A stretch of DNA of 64,000 nucleotides from Rhynchobatus australiae (lineage: Eukaryota): NCBI GenBank assembly GCA_034780895.1, contig JAUZTB010000066.1, positions 8,603,573 through 8,667,572 of the forward strand, in the 5' to 3' direction. The notes beneath the pieces were generated by a model, which worked only from the letters and a program-made list of their open reading frames with translations, made no database searches and was not told the DNA's origin. Of the stretch, positions 1-12,230 are shown piece after piece; positions within the stretch are counted from its first letter, which is position 1; each line of letters starts with the position of its first letter. Position numbers and translations under genes: made by a program.

Positions 1-1414
1 GACACTTTTGATTTCATTTATGTGCTGGTCCTAAGACAGTTCATCTGATACGTTAATGCCCAAGAAACTATGATTGGGAAGAACTTATTTATATTGGGTA
101 CAGAATTCCAAAATACTTAGTAACTAGTGGTCCACCATGTGATTACTCATCTAATCAGATATTTAGTTACGATTAGGCATCACAGAATTTTATTAATCGA
201 TGTTAATTTGTCATTATCAAAGTCATCAAATTGTGCAGCATTTGACTAATATTTTTATGGATTTGAAATTTTAGGATTGTGAGGGGGAAACAATTTATCA
301 GTGATGGTGTACTATTAAAACTTCATGTAATCACCTTTTCAGGATGCAAAAAGTATGGCTAAATCAATGACAATCTTACCTGCTTTAAGCAAAAAAAGAA
401 AAAGCAAATGACGTTGGGTTTGCTCTATTTTGAAAGGTTTCTCTCATTCTCCATTTCTTAATGAATGCTGATAATTAGAAATGAAAATGATTTTCTATTG
501 TGGCTTTGAGTGTGAGGTGAAATTGCTGTTTATTGAAGTTTACTGATTTAAAATAGTGTCTTGTCAAATCAAGTTTCTATTCATAATTGAGCAAAAATAT
601 GCTTGTTTCTTTTAAAGCCATTGTTCAGATGTTACTTGTGGCTAATACTATTCTTGTGAACACCCTGATGTTAGAGGTTAAATGCTAGGTGAAGTTGATA
701 TGATCCTGTCATAAATCATTGCCTCCTGCTTTTGAGAAATTAGGTCAGAGAAAACATCAGGAAGCAAATGGTGCCTTTTCCATACTTTTGACCCTGTGCT
801 GTAGATTCAAAGTTTATGTTTAATGTGTCTGTTTTTAGTTGTTGTTTTACATATGTAATTAACACTATGATGTTAACACAGAGGTGTTCACCATCTTTGA
901 GAATGTTATTTATTAGTTCATTCATGTCTATTCACATGCATTTCTGTCATTTTTTATTTACTTCCCTTATCTGTCTACTAAAATTATCAGCTTGGGTGGG
1001 ATCGTCTTGACTGCTGCTAATGTGTAACTAACTGTTAAACAGGAAGTGTGGTTCTGTGGGATGGAACTGAAAACTTAGTCTGATGCCACTCCTTCCTAGC
1101 TCTATGCAGGCTTAGTCACGTTCATGCTTTCTTCAGCTTATGATTTTTATGTTTTTTTGTTTGCTTTTATGTAATTTTGTTTTCTACTTCTCTCTCTCCT
1201 GCTGGATAGTATGTCGTGACAAAGTGTAATTCAATTCTTGATACGACAATTTAATACTCTGGAGTATTGTGGAAGTAGTCTGCATTTGTGCTATTTTATT
1301 GTCTCCCCCCTCCTCCCTCCCCCACCCTTTCCCATCTCTCCTCTCCACCTCTCTTCCTCAAAGAAAAACTGAAGGAATTTCGTTTNNNNNNNNNNGAACA
1401 TTGTAGCACAGAGT

Positions 1415-2050
1415 GGAAGAAGGTGTTTGGCCTGTTGGCCTTCAGTTAGGGCATCGAGTATTGGAGTTGGGACGTTATGTTGCAGTCATACAAGACATTG
1501 GTGAGACTGCAGCTGGAGTATTGTGTAGTTTTCATTACCCTGTTATGGGAAAGGTGTCACTAAGCTAGAAAGGGTGCAAAGAAGATTTATGAGAATGTTG
1601 CCAGGACTCTAAGGCCTGTTAGAAGAAGAGGCTGGGCAGGCTAGGACTAAATTCCTTGGAGCATAAGAGACTGAGGGATGACCTTTATAGATGTGTATAA
1701 AATCATGAGGGGTATAGATAGGGTGAATGCACAGTTTTTTTTTCCCCACAGAGAAAGGGAATTCAAAACTAGAGGGCACAGGTTTAGAGTGAGAAGTGAA
1801 AGATTTAAAAGGGACCTGAGGGGTAACTTCATGCTGAGAGTGATGTGTGAGTGGAAACACACTGCCAGAAGGAGTGGTTGAGGCAAGTACAAAAACATTT
1901 AAAACACAGTTGGACAAGTACATAGATAGGAAAGGTTTAGAGGGATATGGACCAAATGTGGGCAAATTGGATTAGCTTAGATGGGAATCTTGGTCAGCAT
2001 GGATGACCTGGTCTGTAGGGCCTGTTCCATGCTGTATTACTCTGACTCAA
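1415..2050 (+). mobile_element. CR1-type LINE, 3' fragment
   Basis: Decayed ORF2 C-terminus (IDVYKIMRGIDRV...KTRGHRFRV...KRDLRGNF) and the typical gggcctgtt..atgctgta tail. Confidence 0.88.
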
Positions 2051-3159
2051 AGTTCAAACAGTAGCGCTCGATTTATGACTGTGAACTGTCATCAGCAATG
2101 AAGCCTGGATCAACATCCAGTTTAACCTCACTCTACACTTTTCTGGTGGGGATTCTCAAGTGATGGTAGAGAGCAAGGTAAGAAAAAGTGTACAGTGATT
2201 AATTCTGTAATAGGATGCATCAAAAACTCATAGTCCATTAGGTTGGGGTAAGTTCTATCCCAGGTAATTGCAAAATATGTATGATTTAAAAACTTTGTAT
2301 AGCTAGGACATAAATGTAAACAAAAAAATCAGTAAATACTGGAAATGTTTGGTAGAGCAATCTACATCTTTTTCAATATTTTTATTAATTTCAAATAAGT
2401 ACAAAATGCATGAAACAGAGGAAGAAAAATATTACAAAATAGATTATATTGAATCACACTAGAAATTACAATGCTTCACATTGATAAACAAAAATCTACA
2501 TCTAACTGGTTTTGCATCCAAAATATTATTTAGTCTACTTTTTCCGAAGGTGCTGACAGGCATGCTGAGTGTTTCAAATACTTTCAGTTTTTAATTTGCT
2601 TTTGGTATAAAATTGTGNNNNNNNNNNNNNNNNNNNNNNNNNNNNNNNNNNNNNNNNNNNNNNNNNNNNNNNNNNNNNNNNNNNNNNNNNNNNNNNNNNN
2701 NNNNNNNNNNNNNNNNNNNNNNNNNNNNNNNNNNNNNNNNNNNNNNNNNNNNNNNNNNNNNNNNNNNNNNNNNNNNNNNNNNNNNNNNNNNNNNNNNNNN
2801 NNNNNNNNNNNNNNNNNNNNNNNNNNNNNNNNNNNNNNNNNNNNNNNNNNNNNNNNNNNNNNNNNNNGTATCGCTTGCATAGTTTGTGTCTTTGTGCCAG
2901 TCAGTTCCTAATATTACTACTACAGTTTTATTATGCTCATCTTTTCATTGTGGTTGCTTTTTAGCTTAACTTGTGCCTGTGCTTTTCATTCCAAGTGCAG
3001 CTGTGCAGAAAATGTAAAATGACTTGTCTTAGGCTGATTGTTCGCAAAACTTGTCAGTTGGGACCAGTGAAGTTTTCTTTTATTTCAATTCTTTTTTCCT
3101 CTTGGTTCAGTGATGATAGTTTTGCCCTGATTCAGAAGATTGTGGCTGGAAAAGCCCTC

Positions 3160-3290
3160 TCTAGAGATTTGAGTGCACAATTTGATCTGAATTTTTAGTG
3201 CAGTCTTAATGGGTGGTGTCCTGTCGGGTGCCATCTTTGGCTGAGACTTTAAATCAAAGTCTCACTTACCTTCTGAGTTGAGCAATGCCA
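3160..3290 (+). mobile_element. Old Deu-domain-like SINE remnant
   Basis: Degenerate match to a recalled core (gagcacaa..agtgcagt..ctgtcgg.gtgccatcttt.gctgagac..taaa); a weaker trace lies near 43005-43080. Confidence 0.4.
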
Positions 3291-3870
3291 CAATCAATGA
3301 ACTAGAACAAGGCTCTGCAGTCCTACAACATCCAGTATGGTGGTGGACAGTTTTAACAGCCAACAGGAGGAGGTTGCTCTAAGAACATCCGCAACAATGA
3401 CAGGGACCCAGCATCTGAGTGCTGAAGGTCAGGCTGAAGCATCTGTTATCGTATTCAAGAGCCAAGTGGATGATTCATCTTGGTTTCTCTGAAGATTCCC
3501 ACCATCCACAGAAACTGGCCTCATCAGGTATCCAAGTGATATCAAGAAACACCTGAGAGCACAGATACAGCAAAGGCAGTGCAACCAGACAATATCCTGG
3601 CTGTAGGACTAAAGACTTGCACTTCAGAATCAGTCAAGCCTCTAGCACAACTGTTCCAAACATTTGTAATACTGGTATCTATAGCAGGACAAATCCAATC
3701 GGTATGCACTCAATTATTTGTAAATGATGGGTGAAGGGTATGTCAATCGTGCCATCAAGGGGTACCAGTACCAATTCTCAACAATAACCTGCTCACTGAT
3801 TTTTCACTTTGGATTTTGACAGGATCATTCATCTCCAGCCTAATCCACAGCCTTGGTTCAAGCCCATTTA
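3290..3870 (+). mobile_element. Old CR1-clade LINE, internal RT-region fragment
   Basis: Decayed translation DTAKAVQPDNILAVGLKTCTSESVKPLAQLFQ at about 3563-3660, typical of the pre-RT region of non-LTR elements. Confidence 0.65.
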
Positions 3871-4344
3871 GGTCAGGAATTCTAGGGATGATCAGTGAAC
3901 AGGTTTAAGTGAGAATTCAAATGTTCAATGCAGTTTTAAATGACTTGAGTACTTCCACTACTGTTTTTACTCAGCAGATGGGGCCAGGATTTGTGAAGAG
4001 ATAAACTATTCACTTTTAGGTCCATCTTGCAGCAGGTGATGTGTNNNNNNNNNNNNNNNNNNNNNNNNNNNNNNNNNNNNNNNNNNNNNNNNNNNNNNNN
4101 NNNNNNNNNNNNNNNNNNNNNNNNNNNNNNNNNNNNNNNNNNNNNNNNNNNNNNNNNNNNNNNNNNNNNNNNNNNNNTGCCCCTCTGACTTGAAGATATG
4201 GGTGGTAGGAGTGAAAAGATATTTTAATTTAGTATGAAAGCTCATTGATTTTCTGATGTAAAAGTGCCTCTTACATTTCCACCATCTTTACTGCCCTTTA
4301 ATTTATTGGGCATTCATCTGGGTAAATTGTGCGAAATTCCAGGC

Positions 4345-4645
4345 CAGTACGCACAGTGTAGCGGTTAGCGTAACACTATGACAGCACTAGCTACCTGGGT
4401 TCAGTTCCACCACTATCTGTAAGGAGATTGTACGTTCTACCTGTGTCTACGTGGGTTTCCTCCAGGTGTTCTGGTTTCCTCCATTCCAAAGATGCACAGG
4501 TCAGGAGCTGCGGGCATGCTACCTCGGCACTGTAAGAGCGGCGACACTTGTGGGCTGCCCCCAGAACATCTTCAGTAGTGCAAAAAGACACATTTCACTG
4601 TGTTTCAATGTACATGTGACTAATGAATAAATGATTATCCTGTTT
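4345..4645 (+). mobile_element. tRNA-derived V-SINE-like element
   Basis: A/B-box-like head (gtagcggttagcg...gggttcagttcc), core gtgggtttcctccaggtgttctggtttcctcc; same family as the 15461 and 23350 copies. Confidence 0.85.
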
Positions 4646-5414
4646 TATCTTAGAATGACCCTTGAGCAAGATGCACTAGAAGTTGTTGTATTGTATTTTG
4701 GCATACATTAGCTTATTGTGGAATAGTGAGAAGAAAGTTGTTATTAACTCTAAGCTTTATCACAAGTTGATGGGGCTGGTGCGTCTGTTCTTTGAGACTT
4801 TGAATGCTGTATGGAATTGGCCTTTAAGTGATTCTGCAGCAGCAGTTCAAGGTGCTTAATGTTTTCCTAGACAATACTACTACATTTTAAGCAGTCATGG
4901 GTCAGGGATTCTCAAGAATCAATGAGGATATTACATTTCTTTTCAAGTAAGTTGAGAATTAACTTTGTGTTTTCTATCTCTACCTGTAAATCTCCTTCCT
5001 GTGAAGGAGCTCAAAGTAGAATGCTTCTTGTGGGATACTGGCAACAAACATGCAAGTGACCTGAAGATGTTTGGCCTAGGAATATTTGTGTGAAGAACTC
5101 CTGCTGTAAAGCTGTGGGGTGAGGATGATTGACCTCCAACAACGTCTTTTGTGTGAAGTATGACTCTTACCATTGCAATGCTTTACCTTCTATGTCCACA
5201 GTCTTTGCTTTTTTTTACCAAGGTTCCTGGTGCCACACTCAGGCAAATGCTGCCCTCTTGATGGGGTCGCTCTTGCCTTGCTTCTGCAATATAGTCCTAT
5301 GGACTCTTAATGACTCTGAATTACTTTAAAATTGATTTTTGGAGCCTTTCAGCCTTCAATGTCATGGTGTTTTAGGTGCATGTGTAAATAGTAGTTAAAT
5401 ACTAAATAGTGGTC

Positions 5415-6600
5415 AAGACTCTGCCTCTACCACCCTTTCAGGCAGTGCATTTCAGATTTCAACTACACTCTGGGTGCAAAATATTTTGTTTAAATCTACT
5501 CTAAGTTTCCTACCCTTTAAATCTCTACCCCCTGGGTATGGATACCTCTGCTAAGGGGAAAAGTTTCTTCCTACCTACTTTATCCATAACTCTAATAAAT
5601 TTTTGTATCACAAACAAGTCCCTCTTGGGCTTCTCTGCTCCAAAGACTGAAATCCAGTCTCTAGTCATAGCTAAAACGTTGCATTGCAGGCAACATTCTG
5701 GTGAACCTCCTCTGCAGTAACACCTATCCTATAATGTAATCAGAACTGTAACTATACTCCAGTGTGACCTAACTAGTACTTTCTATCATTGCACCTTAAT
5801 CTCCCTGTTCTTTTTCCTATGCCCTGGCAAATGAAGGCAAGTGTCCTGTATGGCTTCTTAAACCATCTTATTTACCTGTGTTGCTGTCTTCAGGGATTCC
5901 TGGATATGAAGACCAAGAGTAGTCTGTTTCTCAGAAATTTGAATATTACTGCTCATTATGTTTGTCCTAGCTGATTAGTCCTTTCAAAATGCATCACCTC
6001 ACAGGTTTCTGGATTAAATTCCATCTGCTGTTTCTTTGGCAATCTTAACAACTCATTGTTGCTTAGCTGGAGATTACCCTCTTCATATCATCTGCGTACT
6101 TATCAATTATACCTACTATATTCATATCCAGATTGTTAATGTATGTAACAAGCCAGCAGGGGTCTCAGCACAGATCCCTGCAATACGCAATCGGCCATAA
6201 GTTTCCAATTGCAAATACAACCTTGGTCATCACCCTCTTCCTCTTAACACAGAGCTAATTGTGGACCCATTTTACCAAATTGTCCTGGATTCCATGGGCT
6301 TTTACTGTNNNNNNNNNNNNNNNNNNNNNNNNNNNNNNNNNNNNNNNNNNNNNNNNNNNNNNNNNNNNNNNNNNNNNNNNNNNNNNNNNNNNNNNNNNNN
6401 NNNNNNNNCTGCCTCCTACCACCAAGCAATTTTGTATCCGATTGGATTCCATGTGCTTTAACTGTTTAAGTTAATCTCTCATGCAAAATCTCTTTAAAGT
6501 CCTTACTAATGTCTATGTGGACTGCACCAATGGCACTCCCTCATTGACACGCTTAGCCACCACCCAGAAAATTTAAATCATATTAGCTTCTGTCTGAAAA
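5415..6600 (-). mobile_element. CR1-type LINE fragments
   Basis: Minus-strand remnants such as VKAHGIQDNLVKWVHN and a qGS.L.P-like RT segment; the 3' part runs towards 5415. Confidence 0.75.
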
Positions 6601-6869
6601 GGAGGTAGGTGGGCTGACTGTCGTTCAACATCTGAAGGATGTTTGTTAGAATGCAGAGAATCCACAACATTGTTGTTTCTACCCAGGTAGTATGTTGGGG
6701 ATTTGAGAACAAACAGCCTGGTAGAATAAAAATGAGGTGAACTAAGCTGAAGCAGATTGGTGTTTTCTTATTTACAGTATAGATTTTTTCCCCCCAACTT
6801 TTTCCATCTGGTTTTTTCCAGTTTGACATATTTTGATACTTTACCCAAGTTCCTATTTATGTTGGTAGG

Positions 6870-7675
6870 CTCATGCAGAATCGGGTTTATTATCGCTGAT
6901 ATATTTCGTGAAATTTGTTTTATGGCTGCAATACGTAAAGATAAAAAAATTACTATACGTTAAAAAATTAAATAGTGCAAATAGGGATAATGAGGTAATG
7001 TTCATGGATCATTTAGAAACCTGATGGCGGAGGGGAAGAAGCTGTTCCTGAAATGTTGAGTGTGGGTCTTCAGGCTCCTCTACCACCTCCCCGATGGTAG
7101 TAATGCGAAGAGGGCATGTCCCAGAAGGTGAGGGTCCTTATTGATGGATGCCACCACCTTGAGGCACTGCCTCTTGATGATGTCCTTGATGGTGGAGAGG
7201 GTTGTGCCCGTGATGGAGCTGGCTGAGTCTACAACCCTCTGTAGCCTCTTTCAAACCTGGGCATTAGAGCCTCCGTACCAGCCGGTGATGCAACCAGTCA
7301 GAATGCTCTCCACTGTACGGATATGGAAATTTGCAAGCCTTTGGTAACATACCAAATCTCCTCCAACTCCTAATGAAATAGAGCTGCTGGCATCCTGCCT
7401 TCATGATTGGATCAATGGGTTGAGCCCAAGATAGATCCTCTGAGATGTTTTAATGCCCAGGAATCTGAAATTGCTCACCCTTTCCACTGCTGACCCATCA
7501 ATGAGGACTGGTGTGTGTTCTCCTGCCTTCTCCTTCCTGAAGTCCGCAATCAATACCTTAGTCTTGCTGATGTTGAGTGCAAAGTGGTTGTTGTGACACC
7601 ACTCAACCAGCTGGTCTATCTCACTCCTGTACACCTCCTTGTCACCATCTGAGATTCTGCCAACAACAATGATGT
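6870..7675 (-). mobile_element. Rex1/Babar-like non-LTR retrotransposon, 3' part
   Basis: IVVGRISDGDKEVYRSEIDQLVEWCHNNHFALNISKTKVLIADFRK...VERVSNFRFLG; related to the copy at 14909. Confidence 0.85.
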
Positions 7676-8730
7676 CAAGATTAAGATGCATGCGATCCAT
7701 AATGATTTGGCCATTTTGATCCAGAATTGGCTGAGGACAGAGAAGAGGGTTGTGGCTGATGGGACTTATTCTGGTTGGAGATCTGTGATTAGTGGTATTC
7801 CACAGGGATCTATAGTGGGACCTCTGCTGTTTGTGATGTATATAAATGACTTGGATGAAAGCGTGGATAGGTGGGTTGGTAAGTCCGCAGATGACACGAA
7901 AATTACTGGCATTGTGGATACAGTTGGGGTATCGATCAGTTTCAGATATGGGCAGAGAAATGGCCAAGTTCTCTGGCCAAGTATGAGGTGTTGCACTTTT
8001 TGAGATCAAATGTTAAGAGACAGTACATAGTCAGTGTCAGGACCCTTAACGGCGTTGATGTATAGATGGATCTTGGGGTCAAAGTCCATTATCTCCCTGA
8101 AAGTGACTGCGAAGTTTGTTAGGGTGTTAAAGAAGGCATATAGAATGTTTGCCTTTTTTAGTCGAGGCATTGAGTTCAAGAGTCAGGGAGTTATGTTGCA
8201 GCTTTATAAAAGTCTGGTTTGGCCACATCTGGAGGATTGCATTTGATTCTGGTCACCCCATTATAGGAAGGATGTCAAGGCTTTGGAGAGGATGCAGAGG
8301 TTTACCAGAATGCTGCCTGGATTAGAGGGCATATGCTATAAGGACAGGTTGGGNNNNNNNNNNNNNNNNNNNNNNNNNNNNNNNNNNNNNNNNNNNNNNN
8401 NNNNNNNNNNNNNNNNNNNNNNNNNNNNNNNNNNNNNNNNNNNNNNNNNNNNNNNNNNNNNNNNNNNNNNNNNNNNNNNNNNNNNNNNNNNNNNNNNNNN
8501 NNNNNNNNNNNNNNNNNNNNNNNNNNNNNNNNNNNNNNNNNNNNNNNNNNNNNNNNNNNNNNNNNNNNNNNNNNNNNNNNNNNNNNNNNNNNNNNNNNNN
8601 NNNNNNNNNNNNNNNNNNNNNNNNNNNNNNNNNNNNNNNNNNNNNNNNNNNNNNNNNNNNNNNNNNNNNNNNNNNNNNNNNNNNNNNNNNGGGCTGAAGG
8701 ACCTGTTCCTGTGCTGTACAGTTCCATGTC
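7676..8730 (+). mobile_element. CR1-type LINE, RT to 3' end
   Basis: SGIPQGSIVGPLLFVMYINDLD..KSADDTKI, MLQLYKSLVWPHLE, RFTRMLPGLE, and tail gggctgaaggacctgttcctgtgctgta. Confidence 0.92.
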
Positions 8731-11289
8731 CTAAGCATCAGCCTAAACAGTGAGCTTTACTTCACACTCAATAATGGGGAATGGAAGCATTGTGTAACTT
8801 GCCCCTTCTTGTCAGCAAAGTGATACTTGCTGCATTTCTAAGGCTTACTGGCTGAGAAATATCTGTGCAAGCCTTGAACCTGCTGACTTTGAATGCTTTA
8901 AAAGTACAAGTCAAAAATTGATGCATCTCCACTGTTGCATCTAAATTCTAGAATGTATGGTTTGCTGAAAAATTAAATTCCATGTTAATAATGTTACATG
9001 AAGGCTTATTTTATTTTCAACATTTATTAAACACTTACAATTGAGTGTTATAACATGCAGTGCAAAGTACCTGTTCTTTTACTGTAGCTAACTAATATCT
9101 TTTTAATGCTGTTCTAAGTGAAGCACCATTACTATGTTAGTTTGACCAACTGTTTGAGTTTGGTAATTGGGGCTATTTCTCAGTACGTTTATGCTGTAAG
9201 CTATTTTCTTCTGATTCCCCTCCCTTTTCACCAACAAGTGAGGCCTTGCATGAAATATCTAGAATAAGTTCTTACATAAGCTGTGTGTAAACACATGAAC
9301 CAGGTCATTGGTATTCATTTACAAAAACAGGCTTTGCAAATCTATTTGGGGCCAGTTATGCAGTGGCAAGATACAATTCTTAGATTCTTTGCTTTTATTT
9401 TGCAAATATGATAGAAATTTAGAACAGCTCAAGAGATTTGTTTGTTCTATCACTGCTTTAGCACCTGAAGTCAAACGCTTATCTGAATCATTCCCACTGT
9501 CTAGTTTGTTTATTCAATGCTCAGTGAAGATGTATTCTTTCAATGGAAAATACTGTTTCTAAAGATTTCTTAATACATCTTAGATGATCACATCAGATGA
9601 GAGATGTATAAAACATACTATGTCAATGATGAATGACGGATCAAGCATTGATCAAAGTAATCACATTAAAACCGAGCTTGAAGGGATCATGTTGACTGGT
9701 TTTATTTTAGGCTGCCACATATGTAAAGCATGAGTATAAGTGCTTAAAAAAAAGCCACTTGTTTGCTCCTGATTTAGTTTCATTTGTCGTGTGTCATGGG
9801 GATTGGCTGCAGATCTGTCTGTCTGAGCTCCTTAAACCAAGGTCACCGTCCTCGTGTAAATATAATCTTTTAATTATTTGTTTTTATGTTGTTTGCCAGC
9901 TGTTGTAAATAAGTTTAAATTTCAATCACTTATGTAGCATTACTAGGTTTAATACACACTCTTGTAGTCTTTAGCATTAACATTAGTGGAAATTGAAACT
10001 TAAGGATTTTATTTTCTCTTCATTCTCATTGCCCAAAGATTTCCTGAAACAATTGATTCAAGCTCAAAAGATCCTCTGGGGTTTTGCACTGAGGGCCATT
10101 GGGGGGACAAAGGATTAGTTCTTCATTTGTTAGCACGGATGACAAACAATAGGTTTATCTAATAATTTTTGGATGTCACAACAAAATGCATGTTTTCATT
10201 TGAGTTGCATGTGATGACAGTAGACACTGGGTATTCGTCAGAAATCCTATCTGACTTTTCTTGCTCCCTCCCTTCTCAACACAGATTCAGAGGCCTTTCT
10301 GGGTGAGGTGAAAAACTTCAATTTTAGTTACTTATTTTGAAATATATATTTAATATTCATTGCCTCCATATGTGGTAAACTAAACAACAAATAACTGTAC
10401 ATCTTCATAATAACCTCACAATTGAGAAAGTGTTTAAGAACCATAGAGCAATACAGACCCTTCGGCCCACCATGTTGTGCTGCCCTTCAAACCACACCTA
10501 AGTCTATCTAACCCCTTCCTCCCACATATCCCTCTAATCTTAAATTCCTTCATAGAACCGATGATGGTTAACAATGGCTAATGCTGGTTAAGATCTTCTG
10601 TATCCCATTGTGGAAACAGAGATCCTGGTTGGTAATAAAATGAACGTATGAGTGGTAAGACCAAGTAGATCAGAGTCCTATAAAATGTTGTGCTTGTGAC
10701 ACTCTGTCATTTGGCTGGACAGTTAACAAATAAAGGACCTGTGTGGTCGAGGGAGGCAGTTGTAAACCACTCGGGGCTGCTTATATATATTTAAAAGAAT
10801 CAATTGTAGTGACAGAAGCCGCAGGTTATATTGTTGAACTGCGTGATATGAAGGGTATGCCAAAAGTAATTGATTTTGATGAATTATCTTTATAATACTT
10901 GTGTTGTATGACATCTCTACTTTGGTGACATTTTGTGTAGTTTAGATTGATATTTTGTGAAAGGAGTAGGGGGGGTACAAAAATAACGACAGTAAGCTTG
11001 TAAAATATTTGCTCTTTCTTGAAGGTACGGTATAGAAGCAATAGGGTTTATTTTGTAGAATAATGCATTTAAAAACTAATGATAATCTCCTGGCTGCTCT
11101 CCAATTCACCAACATCCATAAATTTCAGTGTCTTTAGTGCCGTGTTGCAATTATTACTGTGTTAAATGGCAAATTCAGAACATGTTGCTTACAACTGGAC
11201 ACTAATGAAGTGATGTAGGCAAAGAGTAGCACCATTTATATTCCACTATAATTTTTAATCTTATTGCCTGCCTTTTCATTAATCCTAAA

Positions 11290-12230
11290 TCATGTCAGAA
11301 AACTAGCCCCTGGTTCAGTGAAGAGTGTAGAAGATCATTCCTGGACCACCAGCAGCTACAGATGAAAATAAGATGCCAGTCTGCTTAACTTATCAGTGCT
11401 GAACAGAAGAGGCAACTGAATTGTGTGTTGACTCGATCTCTATATTTGATCAACTTTATAGACCTCCAACACCCACTTATGGTGGACAATTTAACAGATA
11501 ATGAGAGGAGGCTCCATAAATGTCTCCTATCCTAAATAGTGAACCACAATTTTTCTATGCATCTTTGGCCAGACCTCCTGAGGACCTCCCTATCTCAAAA
11601 CCAGTCTTCAGCTAATTCCATGATATCAAAAAACAGCTGAGAACATTCAATACAGTAAGGGCTATTTGACTCTATATTGTCCCAGCTGTAGTGCTGTACA
11701 TGTGTGCTGCGCTGTGGAACTAGCTGCACCTCTGCAATATCATGCAATGCAATAGAGGGTGTCCTCAATCTGGAAACAGTAATGTCACAGGACTGTGCAG
11801 AGGATACTGCTTCCAGTATAGTTACAATACTGGCATTTGTGTGACATGGTGGAAAATTACCTAGGTATGTTCTGTTGGCAAAAGGTAGGACAACTGCAAT
11901 CTGACCAATCATTTCATGCTCAGTCATAATAATGTGAAGTAAGATGTTGGTAACATTATTGCCAAGTGCCACTTAGCTCAACAATACTCACTTTGGGTCT
12001 GCCAAGGACCACTGTACTCCAGACATTATATTCTTACTCCAAATGTTTAAAAAAGATCGAATTCCAGAGAAAACTCTTGATGTCCAGGCAGTATTTAGTG
12101 GTTTGGTAACAGTGATCTCTGGTAATTGGGGGTAGATGAGTGACAGGGTAAGACCTCTAGTGGCTGAAGTAATATCTAGCATGACAATAGTTGTTGGTGT
12201 ATTATTTCAGCCCCAGGTTACGGGACCGAT
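11290..12230 (+). mobile_element. Old CR1-clade LINE internal fragment, highly decayed
   Basis: Shares segments with 3290-3870 (ccagtcttcagctaattc, atacagtaagggctat, tcactttgggtctgccaaggaccact). Confidence 0.55.

Noticed and set aside
4345-4430. tRNA gene-like A/B boxes (also 15461 and 23560-23635)
   Set aside because: They run directly into SINE bodies and I could not form a complete cloverleaf.
7401-8009. 202-aa minus-strand ORF as a novel gene
   Set aside because: Chimeric read-through from antisense CR1 sequence into a Rex1-like RT fragment.
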